DNA from: a virus
Virus record (IMG/VR): IMGVR_UViG_3300029716_000017
Location: 1-58,448 of that record
DNA: 58,448 bases
Reading direction: 5' to 3' (one strand)
A program made the translations under genes and the position numbers. Shown piece by piece: positions 1 through 8,783 of this stretch. Each line of letters opens with the position of its first letter. Position 1 is the first letter of the stretch. The notes under the pieces are model-generated. The model was given only the letters and a program-made list of their open reading frames with translations, was not told the origin of the DNA and did no database searches.

Positions 1-99
1 TTTTTTACCACTTTGCGTAACCACAACATTCATCTGTTTTTCCTCCGATACTCCGCCTTTGCCTTTAAACTTCTGTCTATCAGATACTTGTCAACCGCT
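1..99. repeat. Terminal direct repeat copy 1 (identical to 58350..58448); circular-assembly overlap
   Basis: Bases 1..99 (TTTTTTACCACTTTGCG...TGTCAACCGCT) recur exactly at 58350..58448, giving a unit length of 58349 bp. Confidence 0.95.
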
Positions 100-242
100 C
101 GGCTCTTCGACCTCTCGTTAAACACTTTGCTGTTCCATTCATCGTACACTTTTTTCCACGTTAGGTACCGCTCACAGTTTGAATGACAACCAACATATCT
201 ATCGGGGCAGTCTTTACACGGATTGTCTTTCTTCGTTGTCAT
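30..242 (-). CDS. Small Cys/His-rich phage protein
   Basis: 70-aa ORF with a CKDCPDRYVGCHSNCERY cluster. It is co-directional and overlaps the stop/start of its neighbour. Confidence 0.5.
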   Translation of the reverse strand: MTTKKDNPCKDCPDRYVGCHSNCERYLTWKKVYDEWNSKVFNERSKSRAVDKYLIDRSLKAKAEYRRKNR

Positions 243-867
243 TAGCCGCTCGCCTCCTTTGGCTTATCTGATACTGTCGCCTGTTATATGCACTCCTGTC
301 TGCCTTTGCCGAGTTGATAAGATTGAGCTGGTAGTGGTGCTCACATAACTTATACCCATCCTTAACAGGATTATTGCAAAATCGACATATACCCTTTTCG
401 TATCTTTCTTGTGCATTCAACCTTTTCTCTGCTCTCTTTCTTCGGTGATAAGCATTAGTTTTTTCAGCGCAATACACGCATGTGTGTGCACCATCTTTAG
501 CCGGTCGTTTTCCGCACCTAGTACAAAGGCCTTTTTCAACCCTTTCGGCATATTTGGTTTTCGCCCATTCCGCATGTTGTTTGTTGGTGTTTTCTCTGTC
601 TGACTCCCTTTTTCTTAGCTTCCACTCAGATTCTCGTGCGCGACACTCAGGGCAGTGCCTTTCAGTCCCCATTAATTTATTTATTCGGCATGTAGGGCAT
701 ATTCCATTATCGGCATACCAGTGTTTTTGTTGTATGGAGTCCTCGGTGTGTGCCTTGCAACATTTAACACAGTAAGCACCTATCCTGTCCAGCGGTTTTC
801 CACATTCGACACATAATCCAGCAGCTTTACGGCGGCGGTACTGTTTTGTTGATGCTCCCATAGTCAC
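214..867 (-). CDS. Multi zinc-ribbon protein (four CxxC...CxxC units)
   Basis: Four repeated units: GLCVECGK..YCVKCC, GICPTCR..HCPECR, GLCTRCGK..TCVYCA and GICRFCNN..LCEHH. Confidence 0.6.
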   Translation of the reverse strand: MTMGASTKQYRRRKAAGLCVECGKPLDRIGAYCVKCCKAHTEDSIQQKHWYADNGICPTCRINKLMGTERHCPECRARESEWKLRKRESDRENTNKQHAEWAKTKYAERVEKGLCTRCGKRPAKDGAHTCVYCAEKTNAYHRRKRAEKRLNAQERYEKGICRFCNNPVKDGYKLCEHHYQLNLINSAKADRSAYNRRQYQISQRRRAANDNEERQSV

Positions 868-920
868 TACTCTCTATTCAGTTTATAGTTTTTATCTTGA
901 GTAATCTCAGGCAGATTAGC

Positions 921-1460
921 CTATTTATCTTGAAGTAATTTAGAATTATTATTGACTTTATCAATCATCTGTCGTATCTCTGACGGCATTCTGTCTATCT
1001 CTCTCTGTCGTGCTATCTCTGTTCGATAGCACCGCATGAAGTTGCTGCTCACGACATTCTCATTAAACTCCGTGTCTTGCGCCCACATTCTCAGCTGTGA
1101 CGGTGAGCCCACGGCTCTCTGACATGCCGGCGGCAACTCGTTAAATCTTGCTGTTGCATTGTAGCCACTATCCGATATTGCCTTGCGGACCAGTGACCAC
1201 GCTTCGGCATCGGTCATTTGCCGAGGAGTAGTTATTGACTTTATTTTGTCTATAACCTGTCCTATCGCCGGGGCAAAGCCACTGGTGTCCGTTGATATAT
1301 ATGCCTTGATTGCCATGTCAACCTCTGAGTAAGAATAATCAGACAACATATCCGTCCAAACAGATACGGTAAAGTCAATGTTAATCGGCTTGTAGTTTGG
1401 ATAAGCAACCATCAATACCGCTATTATCTTACGTGTTTCTTTATCGGTCGTAATCACCAC
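921..1460 (-). CDS. G39P-like helicase loader/inhibitor family protein
   Basis: The N-terminal pattern IAVLMVAYPNYKP...VWTDMLSDYSYSEVDMAIKAY...FAPAIGQV resembles SPP1 G39P. It sits directly after the replisome organizer. Confidence 0.5.
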   Translation of the reverse strand: MVITTDKETRKIIAVLMVAYPNYKPINIDFTVSVWTDMLSDYSYSEVDMAIKAYISTDTSGFAPAIGQVIDKIKSITTPRQMTDAEAWSLVRKAISDSGYNATARFNELPPACQRAVGSPSQLRMWAQDTEFNENVVSSNFMRCYRTEIARQREIDRMPSEIRQMIDKVNNNSKLLQDK

Positions 1461-1926
1461 CGCCTATCAGTTCAAATCTGTACTTCTGCTTTGAATTTGG
1501 ATATTTATTTCTATCGACTTCGCTCATAAACATTCCAAGTGGTCTATTCCAGATAGTACCCTCATATTCGTATACAACCGATACTTCTTCGGTTTCTGTG
1601 TGCCTTGATATTCCTATAACCGTTACAACCTTTCCTATCTTAAAATGCCTGTACTTCTGCCCTGCTACTGGTAGCGGCCTATCAAAATCGTAATTAGACT
1701 CTTTCTTAAAATGCCTTGTCAGTAATGCAAGGTCACCATTTTCTTCCAGCTCTCCATCATTTGAAAAATCTTCGCTTTCCTCAATATGTAACTGCTGAAA
1801 CTTGCATATGGTGCTTTCACCTAATATGATTTCAGTCAATGCGCCTTTGAATCCCTCTACATCGTATTGGTTAATGTCTCCATCAACAAAATACCCGCTA
1901 AATCTAAATATTTTTGCCATCTTCAT
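1441..1926 (-). CDS. DUF1653-like protein
   Basis: The C-terminal YRHFKIGKVVTVIGISRHTETEEVSVVYEYEG..WNRPLGMF matches my recollection of the DUF1653 signature. Confidence 0.45.
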   Translation of the reverse strand: MKMAKIFRFSGYFVDGDINQYDVEGFKGALTEIILGESTICKFQQLHIEESEDFSNDGELEENGDLALLTRHFKKESNYDFDRPLPVAGQKYRHFKIGKVVTVIGISRHTETEEVSVVYEYEGTIWNRPLGMFMSEVDRNKYPNSKQKYRFELIGGGDYDR

Positions 1927-2755
1927 CTCTCCTTATCTGCTCCATGAGCCTATCAAACTGATCATTAGCACTCTGCCGTGACTTTGGTGGTTGAACTTTT
2001 TTTATTCTGTCCCAGGTTATCCCTTGATAGCCATTTCCAATACTCTCATCAATTATTGCGATGACAGCCTGCTCTCCATACTCATCAGCCTTGGCCTTAA
2101 TAGTCTTAACCAAGGTTCTCAATCCGCTCTCTTTGTATGTAAATCTCCGTTCTTTTTTATATTTAAGCCATGTATTGATACTATCTAATAAATAATTAGA
2201 TATATTAAACTCTGTAATTAATTCATCTAGTATATTATTATTTATATTAATATTCTCTGATGTATTAACTATATCTCTTTTATTATTAATATATATATTA
2301 TTAATATCAGTATCAGATACAGATGCTTGTATGGGGCATGTATGCCCCATAATAGGGGTATTACTTCTTATGCAGCTTACAACATCCAAAACATATTTTT
2401 TAAACATTTCCGACTTAATATGTTTTGCAACATTTTCAACCCCAGTAAGCGTTTTCTCGGACTTACTCCAGTTGTATTTATACCAATTCAGAATCAATAC
2501 CTCCTTGGTATTCTTATCAAATTTAATAATCTTGTGAACATTTTCAAAGCGCTCAAGCAACCTTATTATGGTGTCTTTATTGTATCCGGTATTTCTAGTC
2601 ATCTGAGAATAGCTAATCTCATAACAACCACAAATATTAGTCTGAGGGTTCGTCAGCAAATAAATATAAAAATACTTATCCTCTGGTGTAAAATCATCCT
2701 CAACCTTATTGTCCGTCCAAAATGATAAATGCACACTCCTGTATACCGCCATCAA
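1904..2755 (-). CDS. Phage replisome organizer / DnaD-like replication initiation protein
   Basis: The N-terminus SVHLSFWTDNKV..FTPEDKYFYIYLLTNPQTNICGCYEIS is typical of the phage replisome-organizer N-terminal domain. Confidence 0.6.
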   Translation of the reverse strand: MMAVYRSVHLSFWTDNKVEDDFTPEDKYFYIYLLTNPQTNICGCYEISYSQMTRNTGYNKDTIIRLLERFENVHKIIKFDKNTKEVLILNWYKYNWSKSEKTLTGVENVAKHIKSEMFKKYVLDVVSCIRSNTPIMGHTCPIQASVSDTDINNIYINNKRDIVNTSENININNNILDELITEFNISNYLLDSINTWLKYKKERRFTYKESGLRTLVKTIKAKADEYGEQAVIAIIDESIGNGYQGITWDRIKKVQPPKSRQSANDQFDRLMEQIRRDEDGKNI

Positions 2756-2874
2756 ACCTCACTCCTTATATAATTTTAGTCTTCGTCTTTTGTAATGCCT
2801 TTTTTAGAAATTTTGCTTGCACTGAACACTGTATTTATCGTCCAATGCACCAAATCTAAAAATTTTAGCAGAAC

Positions 2875-3072
2875 TCATAACGCCTCCTTTATCATATTTA
2901 CCGCATCTTCCCAGGCATGAATAAAACTTAATGCCCAAAGAACAGTGCCATCCTTAGATTTTAAATCATTTGCCATGGCACAAGCTCTTTCCCATTCAGG
3001 ATCAAGTTTTGCCTCTGCCGTTGCTCTAATTCTTTTTGCCAAAATATCCTCCTTTTTTAAATAAATATGCAA
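2875..3072 (-). CDS. Hypothetical protein
   Basis: 65-aa ORF, co-directional and tightly packed. Confidence 0.4.
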   Translation of the reverse strand: MHIYLKKEDILAKRIRATAEAKLDPEWERACAMANDLKSKDGTVLWALSFIHAWEDAVNMIKEAL

Positions 3073-3087
3073 CTATGTTTTGCATAT

Positions 3088-3294
3088 TTATTCATTTTCG
3101 TCAACCCATTCTACGCCACCTTTGTTACCTACATGAGTAACAATATTGGGGTATGCAGTTTTCAAATATTGCAAATCCGAACGCAATGTTCGTGTTGAGA
3201 CATTTAGTTCTTTACAAATAAAAGAAGTTGTCACAAACTTTTTCTCTTGCAATATTTTCACAATTCCCAGTTGCCTTTTATTTATATTATGCAT
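3088..3294 (-). CDS. Small HTH DNA-binding protein
   Basis: KRQLGIVKILQEKKFVTTSFICKELNVSTRTLRSDLQYL is a DeoR/HTH_11-like helix-turn-helix. Confidence 0.5.
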   Translation of the reverse strand: MHNINKRQLGIVKILQEKKFVTTSFICKELNVSTRTLRSDLQYLKTAYPNIVTHVGNKGGVEWVDENE

Positions 3295-4386
3295 TACTTA
3301 TTGTCCTCCTGTTGTATATTTAGATTTTTAAACATAGCGCACATAACATCAACCACTATGCTATTGCCAAATTGCTTATATAGTTGCGTATTACTGTTGA
3401 CTGCTGCCATTTTGTCAATATCATCATCAGATACGCCCATAAGCCGCCCACACTCTTTCGGTGTTAGCTTTCTGATACGATAGCCAACATTGTATAAATA
3501 CGAATTTCCACCAGTATTTCCAACGGGTTGAGCATTTAATGCCATAGCACAAGCATTAGAACTATACACTCTGTTTCCTTGTCTGTATTGTGAACCAAAT
3601 TCATTTTCTTTCCCAACACCACCTAACAATAAAGGCTTTTCAATTCTTACAACTTCTTGGTTTTGTGCGGTTAATGTAGGACAAGTATTGCCTTTGTCTT
3701 GCACTCTGCCTCTTCTGGTCTTGCTTTTCGGATAGCTTGCGTCGAAGCAACCACCTATTTCGCACTCAATAGAACCACCCTTTGTGGCTTGCCTGATTTT
3801 CACATTTTCAAGCAACAAATTATCTTTCTGCACTGTTGTCAGCGTATTAGACACATTATCTCGTCTAGGCTCCAACTCCGTCATATTATGTCTACTTTCT
3901 TGTATCTGTCCGCTTTCATATGCTTTCCGTATTTGCTTGCCATACTCTGTACGTTTAGGTGTTAATACTTGTGGTTCCATAACAAGATTATCTTTCTGTA
4001 CACTTGTTAAACAATTACTTGTGCCTTGCGTATTTACCTCTAATCTCTGTTCTGTCGGACTTCCAACAGTTCTATCTGACGGATTATCAGGATTTCTTCC
4101 ACGCATAGCAACTATCTGACTTTCGCACACTTTAATCTGTTGCGTACCGCCACCCTCAACCGTTGTAATGTTGGGACAAAGTGCATTTTCGTCATATACT
4201 GTGTTTGACTGGTGCTTGCCTGTGCCGTTATCCATAAATCCCAACTGTTTTGTTTCAAGAATTTTAGGCTCTTGATTACCACCTTGCATTGTACTCAATG
4301 TTGGACTACACCCCCCACACATCATAAATTCTGTTGGTGCTCTCAAATTTTGCTTCAAGAGAACCTACTACATTTACATCTGCCAT
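3294..4386 (-). pseudogene. C-terminal part of a multispecific DNA (cytosine-5) methyltransferase: TRD array plus motifs IX-X, frame-disrupted
   Basis: Motif IX (RKLTPKECGRLMG) and motif X (GNSIVV) are present, with repeated TRD-like segments (CSPTLST, CPNITTV, NCLTSV, NTLTTV, CPTLTA). The ATG at 4386 (MADVNVVGSLEAKFESTNRIYDVWG) is 1 nt out of frame with the rest at a G6 run. Confidence 0.6.
4311..4316 (-). repeat. G6 homopolymer at a frameshift point in the methyltransferase
   Basis: The plus strand reads CCCCCC. With G5 the reading would be ...NRIYDVWGCSPTLSTMQGG, which is continuous. Confidence 0.8.
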
Positions 4387-4500
4387 TACTTCAATCACTC
4401 CAATATCATTCTTGGTTCTTTATACTCTCTTGCGGTTATAGATGGAGCTGTGTCTTTGTATGTTCTTATTGCACCGCCCTCTAAACCGCTCATGCTTGTA

Positions 4501-5460
4501 TCAATACATATTTTCTGCGACAAGATTTCCGGCTTTTCTGCGTTTTGAAATTCCGTTATCGTACCTTGCTGGTATGCAGTTTGCAATTTCTCTCTGTTGT
4601 GGCTTATTGATTGTTCCGTCAATGCAAGTCTGCTCTGCTCTGCTCTGCTCTGCTCTGCTCTGCTCTGCTCTGCTCTGCTCTGCTCTGCTCTTAGAAATTG
4701 TATTTGGTAATGTGCCGTTGTCAATAAGCTGTTTTATCAGCTTGTCAGCCTTTTCATTGTTGATATAATACTTTTCATCTACACTGTCTTCCAAATAGTC
4801 CTTTAACTTCTTTTTGAGTGGTATAGGTTTTGGAAAATTATATGAATAATTTCCCAAGAATGAAAACATAAAACACCTGTTTCTGTTCTGTGCCACTCCA
4901 TAATTTTTAGCATTCAAATCTTGCCAATAATTTTTGTAACCTAAACTTTCCAAAAATTCCAACCACTTCTTGAAATCATAAATGTTTTTCTTACCATGTA
5001 CCTGTGGTACATTTTCCATGAATAATATCTGTGGCAACTCACCACCACTATCTCTGATTTCTGTTAGTATTCTTTCAACTTCCCACAAAAGCCCTGATCG
5101 TGTACCGCTACCCTTAGACATACCAGCTTGCTTCCCAGCAACAGACAGGTCCGTACACGGAAAAGAGTAAGTAAGTAAGTAAGTAAATGTTTTAGTGTCC
5201 GTAATGGCTAAATCCACAGCATGAACCTGTGTTATATCCATTGTTGAAAAATCAGTGCCATGCACAGCGTTATAACTTGCTATGGCATACTTATCAAACT
5301 CCACAACTCTGTAATGTTCAAAGTCTGCACCTATACGCCTTAATGCCATAGCCTGACTGCCATATCCAGCAAATAACTCTATAAGTCTGATAGGCTTAGT
5401 AATGCTGATAGGCTCTCGCAAATAATCAAAAATATTCATTTGTGACATTTTTATCACCAA
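4501..5460 (-). CDS. DNA (cytosine-5) methyltransferase, N-terminal catalytic part (motifs I-VIII) with an internal SSR
   Basis: Motif I ELFAGYGS, motif IV FPCTDLS, motif VI FMENVPQ and motif VIII QNRNR are present. These are followed by (SRAEQ)4 and a TRD-like segment ANCIPARYDNGISKRRKAGNLV before a TGA. Confidence 0.85.
   Translation of the reverse strand: MVIKMSQMNIFDYLREPISITKPIRLIELFAGYGSQAMALRRIGADFEHYRVVEFDKYAIASYNAVHGTDFSTMDITQVHAVDLAITDTKTFTYLLTYSFPCTDLSVAGKQAGMSKGSGTRSGLLWEVERILTEIRDSGGELPQILFMENVPQVHGKKNIYDFKKWLEFLESLGYKNYWQDLNAKNYGVAQNRNRCFMFSFLGNYSYNFPKPIPLKKKLKDYLEDSVDEKYYINNEKADKLIKQLIDNGTLPNTISKSRAEQSRAEQSRAEQSRAEQTCIDGTINKPQQREIANCIPARYDNGISKRRKAGNLVAENMY
4629..4691 (-). repeat. 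Pentanucleotide simple sequence repeat (GAGCA)x12 inside the methyltransferase ORF
   Basis: The plus strand has TGCTC x12 at 4631..4690, with partial units on both sides. Confidence 0.95.
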
Positions 5461-5509
5461 AAGGAAACCTCGGTTTCATGTGCGCACAACCTATTCCTTT
5501 CTTTGATTT

Positions 5510-5743
5510 TTAGTCCTCTCTTACTAAAAAGTTAATGACTATTTTATTGTGTACCAATGTATACAAAATGCCTTTTTCTACTTCAAAATTAAAAACAGCA
5601 CATTTTTCTCCGTCATTTTCGATTTCTTCAATACTGCTTACAAGTTGCATTTCTTTAATGCCCCTAGCCTCAAACGCATGTAATGCATTTAGTAAATCCT
5701 CAACTTCACTATAATTTCTGCCTACTGGTAATGCAATCCTCAT
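5510..5743 (-). CDS. Hypothetical protein
   Basis: 77-aa ORF in the co-directional early operon. Confidence 0.4.
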   Translation of the reverse strand: MRIALPVGRNYSEVEDLLNALHAFEARGIKEMQLVSSIEEIENDGEKCAVFNFEVEKGILYTLVHNKIVINFLVRED

Positions 5744-5744
5744 T

Positions 5745-6119
5745 CTACTTTGCTCCTTTCAACTGCTCGGCTATCTCAAAAACCTCTCCTGTTGTAATTA
5801 TGGTCGAGCCTCCATCCACATAATTCTCATCTAAGTCAATATGAGATTTTTGAGATATTAAGTCGGCAAAATCATTAACACCCTTGTTGTAGCCAAATTT
5901 ATAGCCACATCTATACACATTTTCTGACATTCCCTCATTTGCCCTGTACGCTTTCAATTCCTCTAACCATTCAGCTAAATGTTTGTTATCGTTTGAAATT
6001 CTAAGACAATCCAAACCATAGTACGGACTTCTCTTTTTTAATGTTAAATTTAGTTTATGATTGTTTTTGAAACTATTTTCATTATCTCTAGCTTTTTGTA
6101 TTGCTTCATCAATCGTCAT
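5745..6119 (-). CDS. Hypothetical protein
   Basis: The start is trimmed to MTIDEAIQ, preceded by AAGGAG. The upstream extension overlaps the neighbouring gene. Confidence 0.4.
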   Translation of the reverse strand: MTIDEAIQKARDNENSFKNNHKLNLTLKKRSPYYGLDCLRISNDNKHLAEWLEELKAYRANEGMSENVYRCGYKFGYNKGVNDFADLISQKSHIDLDENYVDGGSTIITTGEVFEIAEQLKGAK

Positions 6120-6124
6120 TATCA

Positions 6125-6310
6125 TCACTCCTTTATTTTTCGCCTGCAATGAGTAGCACCGAATTTTGATTTTCCAACATATTCGTAACAATCAACACAT
6201 TTCCATTTACCACTTTTTTTCGGTGTACCTGAGCATCCATAGTATTTATGATTCTCACTCGGATAATCGTTCCAACAATGGCAGTCATAGTCTTTACCGA
6301 TTATCTTCAC
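6125..6310 (-). CDS. Small Cys-rich hypothetical protein
   Basis: 61-aa ORF with a GTG start and Cys residues (CHCW..C..CVDC). Confidence 0.3.
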   Translation of the reverse strand: MKIIGKDYDCHCWNDYPSENHKYYGCSGTPKKSGKWKCVDCYEYVGKSKFGATHCRRKIKE

Positions 6311-6926
6311 CTACTTTCAACAAATCCATAAACTTCTCATACTGTTTCTGTGACACCTTATTATTAGTTTTATCCGCTCTAATTTCGATTTTAAGGTGTT
6401 TATTTGCAATAGAGGATAATTCCCTTGCAAGGTTTTTTCTACCTTGCTCTAAACCATCACGGTAGCCCCTAGATGGTTTAAATTCGTTTATCTTCTCCTT
6501 GCCCTCTCCTTGACCACCAGCTGTCTTGTTGTAACGACACTGGTAGCCTTTTTTCGTGTATTGCAATATCCAATACTGTTCCATCTGATCTAGTTCATTT
6601 TGGGGATAATGAATAAAATTAATCTGCCATCCATAGGGGTTATCCGCACTGTAAAACCCTCGTTTCTTCAATGATAGGTCTATATGCTGATATCCGGTAA
6701 GATGGCTACACATCCGCTGCAAAATTTTCACAGCTTGACCTATGTAAAAGTAAGATATGCCATCCTCATCCGTCCGGGTGAGAAAGTATATACCACTCTT
6801 GTCATCAAGGTTTGGATTAACTTTCAAAAGCCTTTCACGGTTGGATTTTTCTATGGCATATATTTTTTTGTAATTTAGCTTACTCGTTTTCTTCCACCTC
6901 TCAATCGTCATTGAGCTCTGCCCCAT
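6294..6926 (-). CDS. GIY-YIG domain protein (nuclease-like)
   Basis: GIYFLTRTDEDGISYFYIGQA...ILQRMCSH...QYWILQY matches a GIY-YIG core. The start codon is uncertain. Confidence 0.6.
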   Translation of the reverse strand: MGQSSMTIERWKKTSKLNYKKIYAIEKSNRERLLKVNPNLDDKSGIYFLTRTDEDGISYFYIGQAVKILQRMCSHLTGYQHIDLSLKKRGFYSADNPYGWQINFIHYPQNELDQMEQYWILQYTKKGYQCRYNKTAGGQGEGKEKINEFKPSRGYRDGLEQGRKNLARELSSIANKHLKIEIRADKTNNKVSQKQYEKFMDLLKVGEDNR

Positions 6927-7113
6927 CAAGAAAGCTTCGGAGCTTCTTCATGCAGTCCGGGCATAAGTCTCTTGATCCCGTCACATCTTCGAACATATCA
7001 AACATACTTGCCCTTATTGCTGCTCCGTGTTCAAACGGCAGGTCGTAGAACGCGCCGCATCTATCGCATTTGCTTGCGTATGCCATTCTATACACCCTCC
7101 TTCCTTGATTCAT
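6901..7113 (-). CDS. Small zinc-ribbon hypothetical protein
   Basis: CDRCGA...CPDC pair in a 70-aa ORF. Confidence 0.4.
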   Translation of the reverse strand: MNQGRRVYRMAYASKCDRCGAFYDLPFEHGAAIRASMFDMFEDVTGSRDLCPDCMKKLRSFLDGAELNDD

Positions 7114-7444
7114 AAGGTTTTGGCAGCTTTCTCCAGGCTACTACTTTGTCTGTAATCTTTGAGTATTCGTAATTATCACAATAATCATGCACTTCATACC
7201 AGCCCTGTGGAATCCACCAAGAAATACCGTCTTCTGTATACTCCCACCCATCTAAGATATCATCATCCACGTTCCATTCTAAATCTTCCAACGAACAATT
7301 GCGATGTGGGATATATACCGCCTTAACAACTCGACTGTATATTTCACCTGTTATTATTGAGGCTTTTTCTATCGTTACAAGAACCTCATCTGAAGTAGTT
7401 CCCTTTTCACATTTGGGAACTGTGTCTATATTCCATTTGACCAT
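7088..7444 (-). CDS. Hypothetical protein
   Basis: 118-aa ORF, co-directional. Confidence 0.4.
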   Translation of the reverse strand: MVKWNIDTVPKCEKGTTSDEVLVTIEKASIITGEIYSRVVKAVYIPHRNCSLEDLEWNVDDDILDGWEYTEDGISWWIPQGWYEVHDYCDNYEYSKITDKVVAWRKLPKPYESRKEGV

Positions 7445-7465
7445 TATGTATCACCTCTCCTTTAT

Positions 7466-7750
7466 TCAAGATTCAAACCTCATGTGTAGATATTTTCCCG
7501 TACATTCAGTTTCCCAATAATAATCTCCCGCATACCAATCTTCGCCTAGGCAAGTCTGATCACACCATTCCTTACACTCTTCTGTTCCTTGCTCGTTTCC
7601 AGTGTAATAATCAGCTATATTGGCACCATCAACATCCATGCCGTCAGGATCAAGATGTTCTTCCACCCATTCTCTTATCTCTTCATTAAGCCTATTTCTA
7701 AGTTCAATCTTATCAACTATATCTTTAGGAATTTTATTCATCCACTCCAC
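7466..7750 (-). CDS. Hypothetical acidic protein
   Basis: 94-aa ORF, co-directional. Confidence 0.4.
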   Translation of the reverse strand: MEWMNKIPKDIVDKIELRNRLNEEIREWVEEHLDPDGMDVDGANIADYYTGNEQGTEECKEWCDQTCLGEDWYAGDYYWETECTGKYLHMRFES

Positions 7751-8021
7751 CTCTCTTCACTATCTCGATTGCCTTTTGAATCGCACAATCTATGCAACCA
7801 ACATCATCAGACTTGTTACATCCACCTTTTGACACTCTGCAAAAATAAAGACCTTTTGGATGTATTATTTCTTCCAATTCTTCCACAACCTTATTCACAT
7901 CATAAGTTGTTGGGTATTTATCCAGTAATAGTAATACTGCATTTGTATTTACTAAAGTTCCATTGCTTAAAGTAACCGATTTTAAATCTTTCTTTAGTGC
8001 ATCGGCATCTATCAATCTCAT
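7734..8021 (-). CDS. Hypothetical protein
   Basis: 95-aa ORF, translationally coupled to its neighbours. Confidence 0.4.
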   Translation of the reverse strand: MRLIDADALKKDLKSVTLSNGTLVNTNAVLLLLDKYPTTYDVNKVVEELEEIIHPKGLYFCRVSKGGCNKSDDVGCIDCAIQKAIEIVKRGGVDE

Positions 8022-8320
8022 TCTTCATCACTCCAATCTAACCTACAACCGCACTTGCTACAGTAATTTGGCGCATTGTTGTTATTCATTATTCCTACAT
8101 CATGACTAACTTTGATTATGTTTCCACATTCACAATGGAATACCGAAAGAGTATCACTAAGATTATGATTAAATATGGGTTTCTTCGGAATTTGCTTTTC
8201 AAGCGCCTTAATTCCCATATTCAATGCTTCATTCATATATATGTATGGTTGAAAATTTGGTGTATTTCTGCATTCTTTAATTCTTTTAATTGCTTCACGC
8301 TCTGTCATATTATTCCTCAC
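8018..8320 (-). CDS. Hypothetical zinc-ribbon protein
   Basis: CECGN...CSKCGC in a 100-aa ORF. Confidence 0.4.
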   Translation of the reverse strand: MRNNMTEREAIKRIKECRNTPNFQPYIYMNEALNMGIKALEKQIPKKPIFNHNLSDTLSVFHCECGNIIKVSHDVGIMNNNNAPNYCSKCGCRLDWSDEE

Positions 8321-8747
8321 TTTCTAACAATTCTGGATTATCAAAGATGCTGCCGATAACTTCTATACCGTCTTGATAATCGTAAATATACTCTTCTTCA
8401 AATCTTCCATCTTCAAGCAATACATTAAAGTAAAAACCTGCTTCACTTTCATTCCAACCAATGCATCCGCGGCATTCTTCAGTAAGACAATTTACAATAT
8501 CATTCTCCCAGATCAGATTGCCGTTCTTGTCTTTCAAGCCTGTGCATTGGCAGATTGTGGATTTATCAACCTCGCAGAAACATGAACCAGAAATAGTCCA
8601 ATCATCACAAGCAGCCCCTGTGTATTTCTCAATAACAAGACCACCTATAAATACTCTTGCATTTTCAAATCCGTCATCAAACAAGTACCCCTGCACCCAT
8701 TCTCTGTTATCGGTTCTCTTTGCTTTGTACAAATATCTATCTTCCAT
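8310..8747 (-). CDS. YopX-family protein
   Basis: YKAKRTDNREWVQGYLF...QCTGLKDKNGNLIWENDIV is the typical YopX pattern. Confidence 0.65.
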   Translation of the reverse strand: MEDRYLYKAKRTDNREWVQGYLFDDGFENARVFIGGLVIEKYTGAACDDWTISGSCFCEVDKSTICQCTGLKDKNGNLIWENDIVNCLTEECRGCIGWNESEAGFYFNVLLEDGRFEEEYIYDYQDGIEVIGSIFDNPELLESEE

Positions 8748-8783
8748 ACTCTCTCCTATTCTTTTCTATTAGTACCAAATAAC

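Noticed and set aside
4629-4691. Possible CRISPR or minisatellite.
   Set aside because: The unit is 5 nt with no spacers, and the repeat lies inside an ORF. It is a simple sequence repeat. No CRISPR array is visible anywhere in the window.
4395-4724. 109-aa ORF overlapping the methyltransferase repeat region.
   Set aside because: It is not an independent gene. It is the +1 frame of the same methyltransferase locus, relevant only as the frame reached after an SSR length change.
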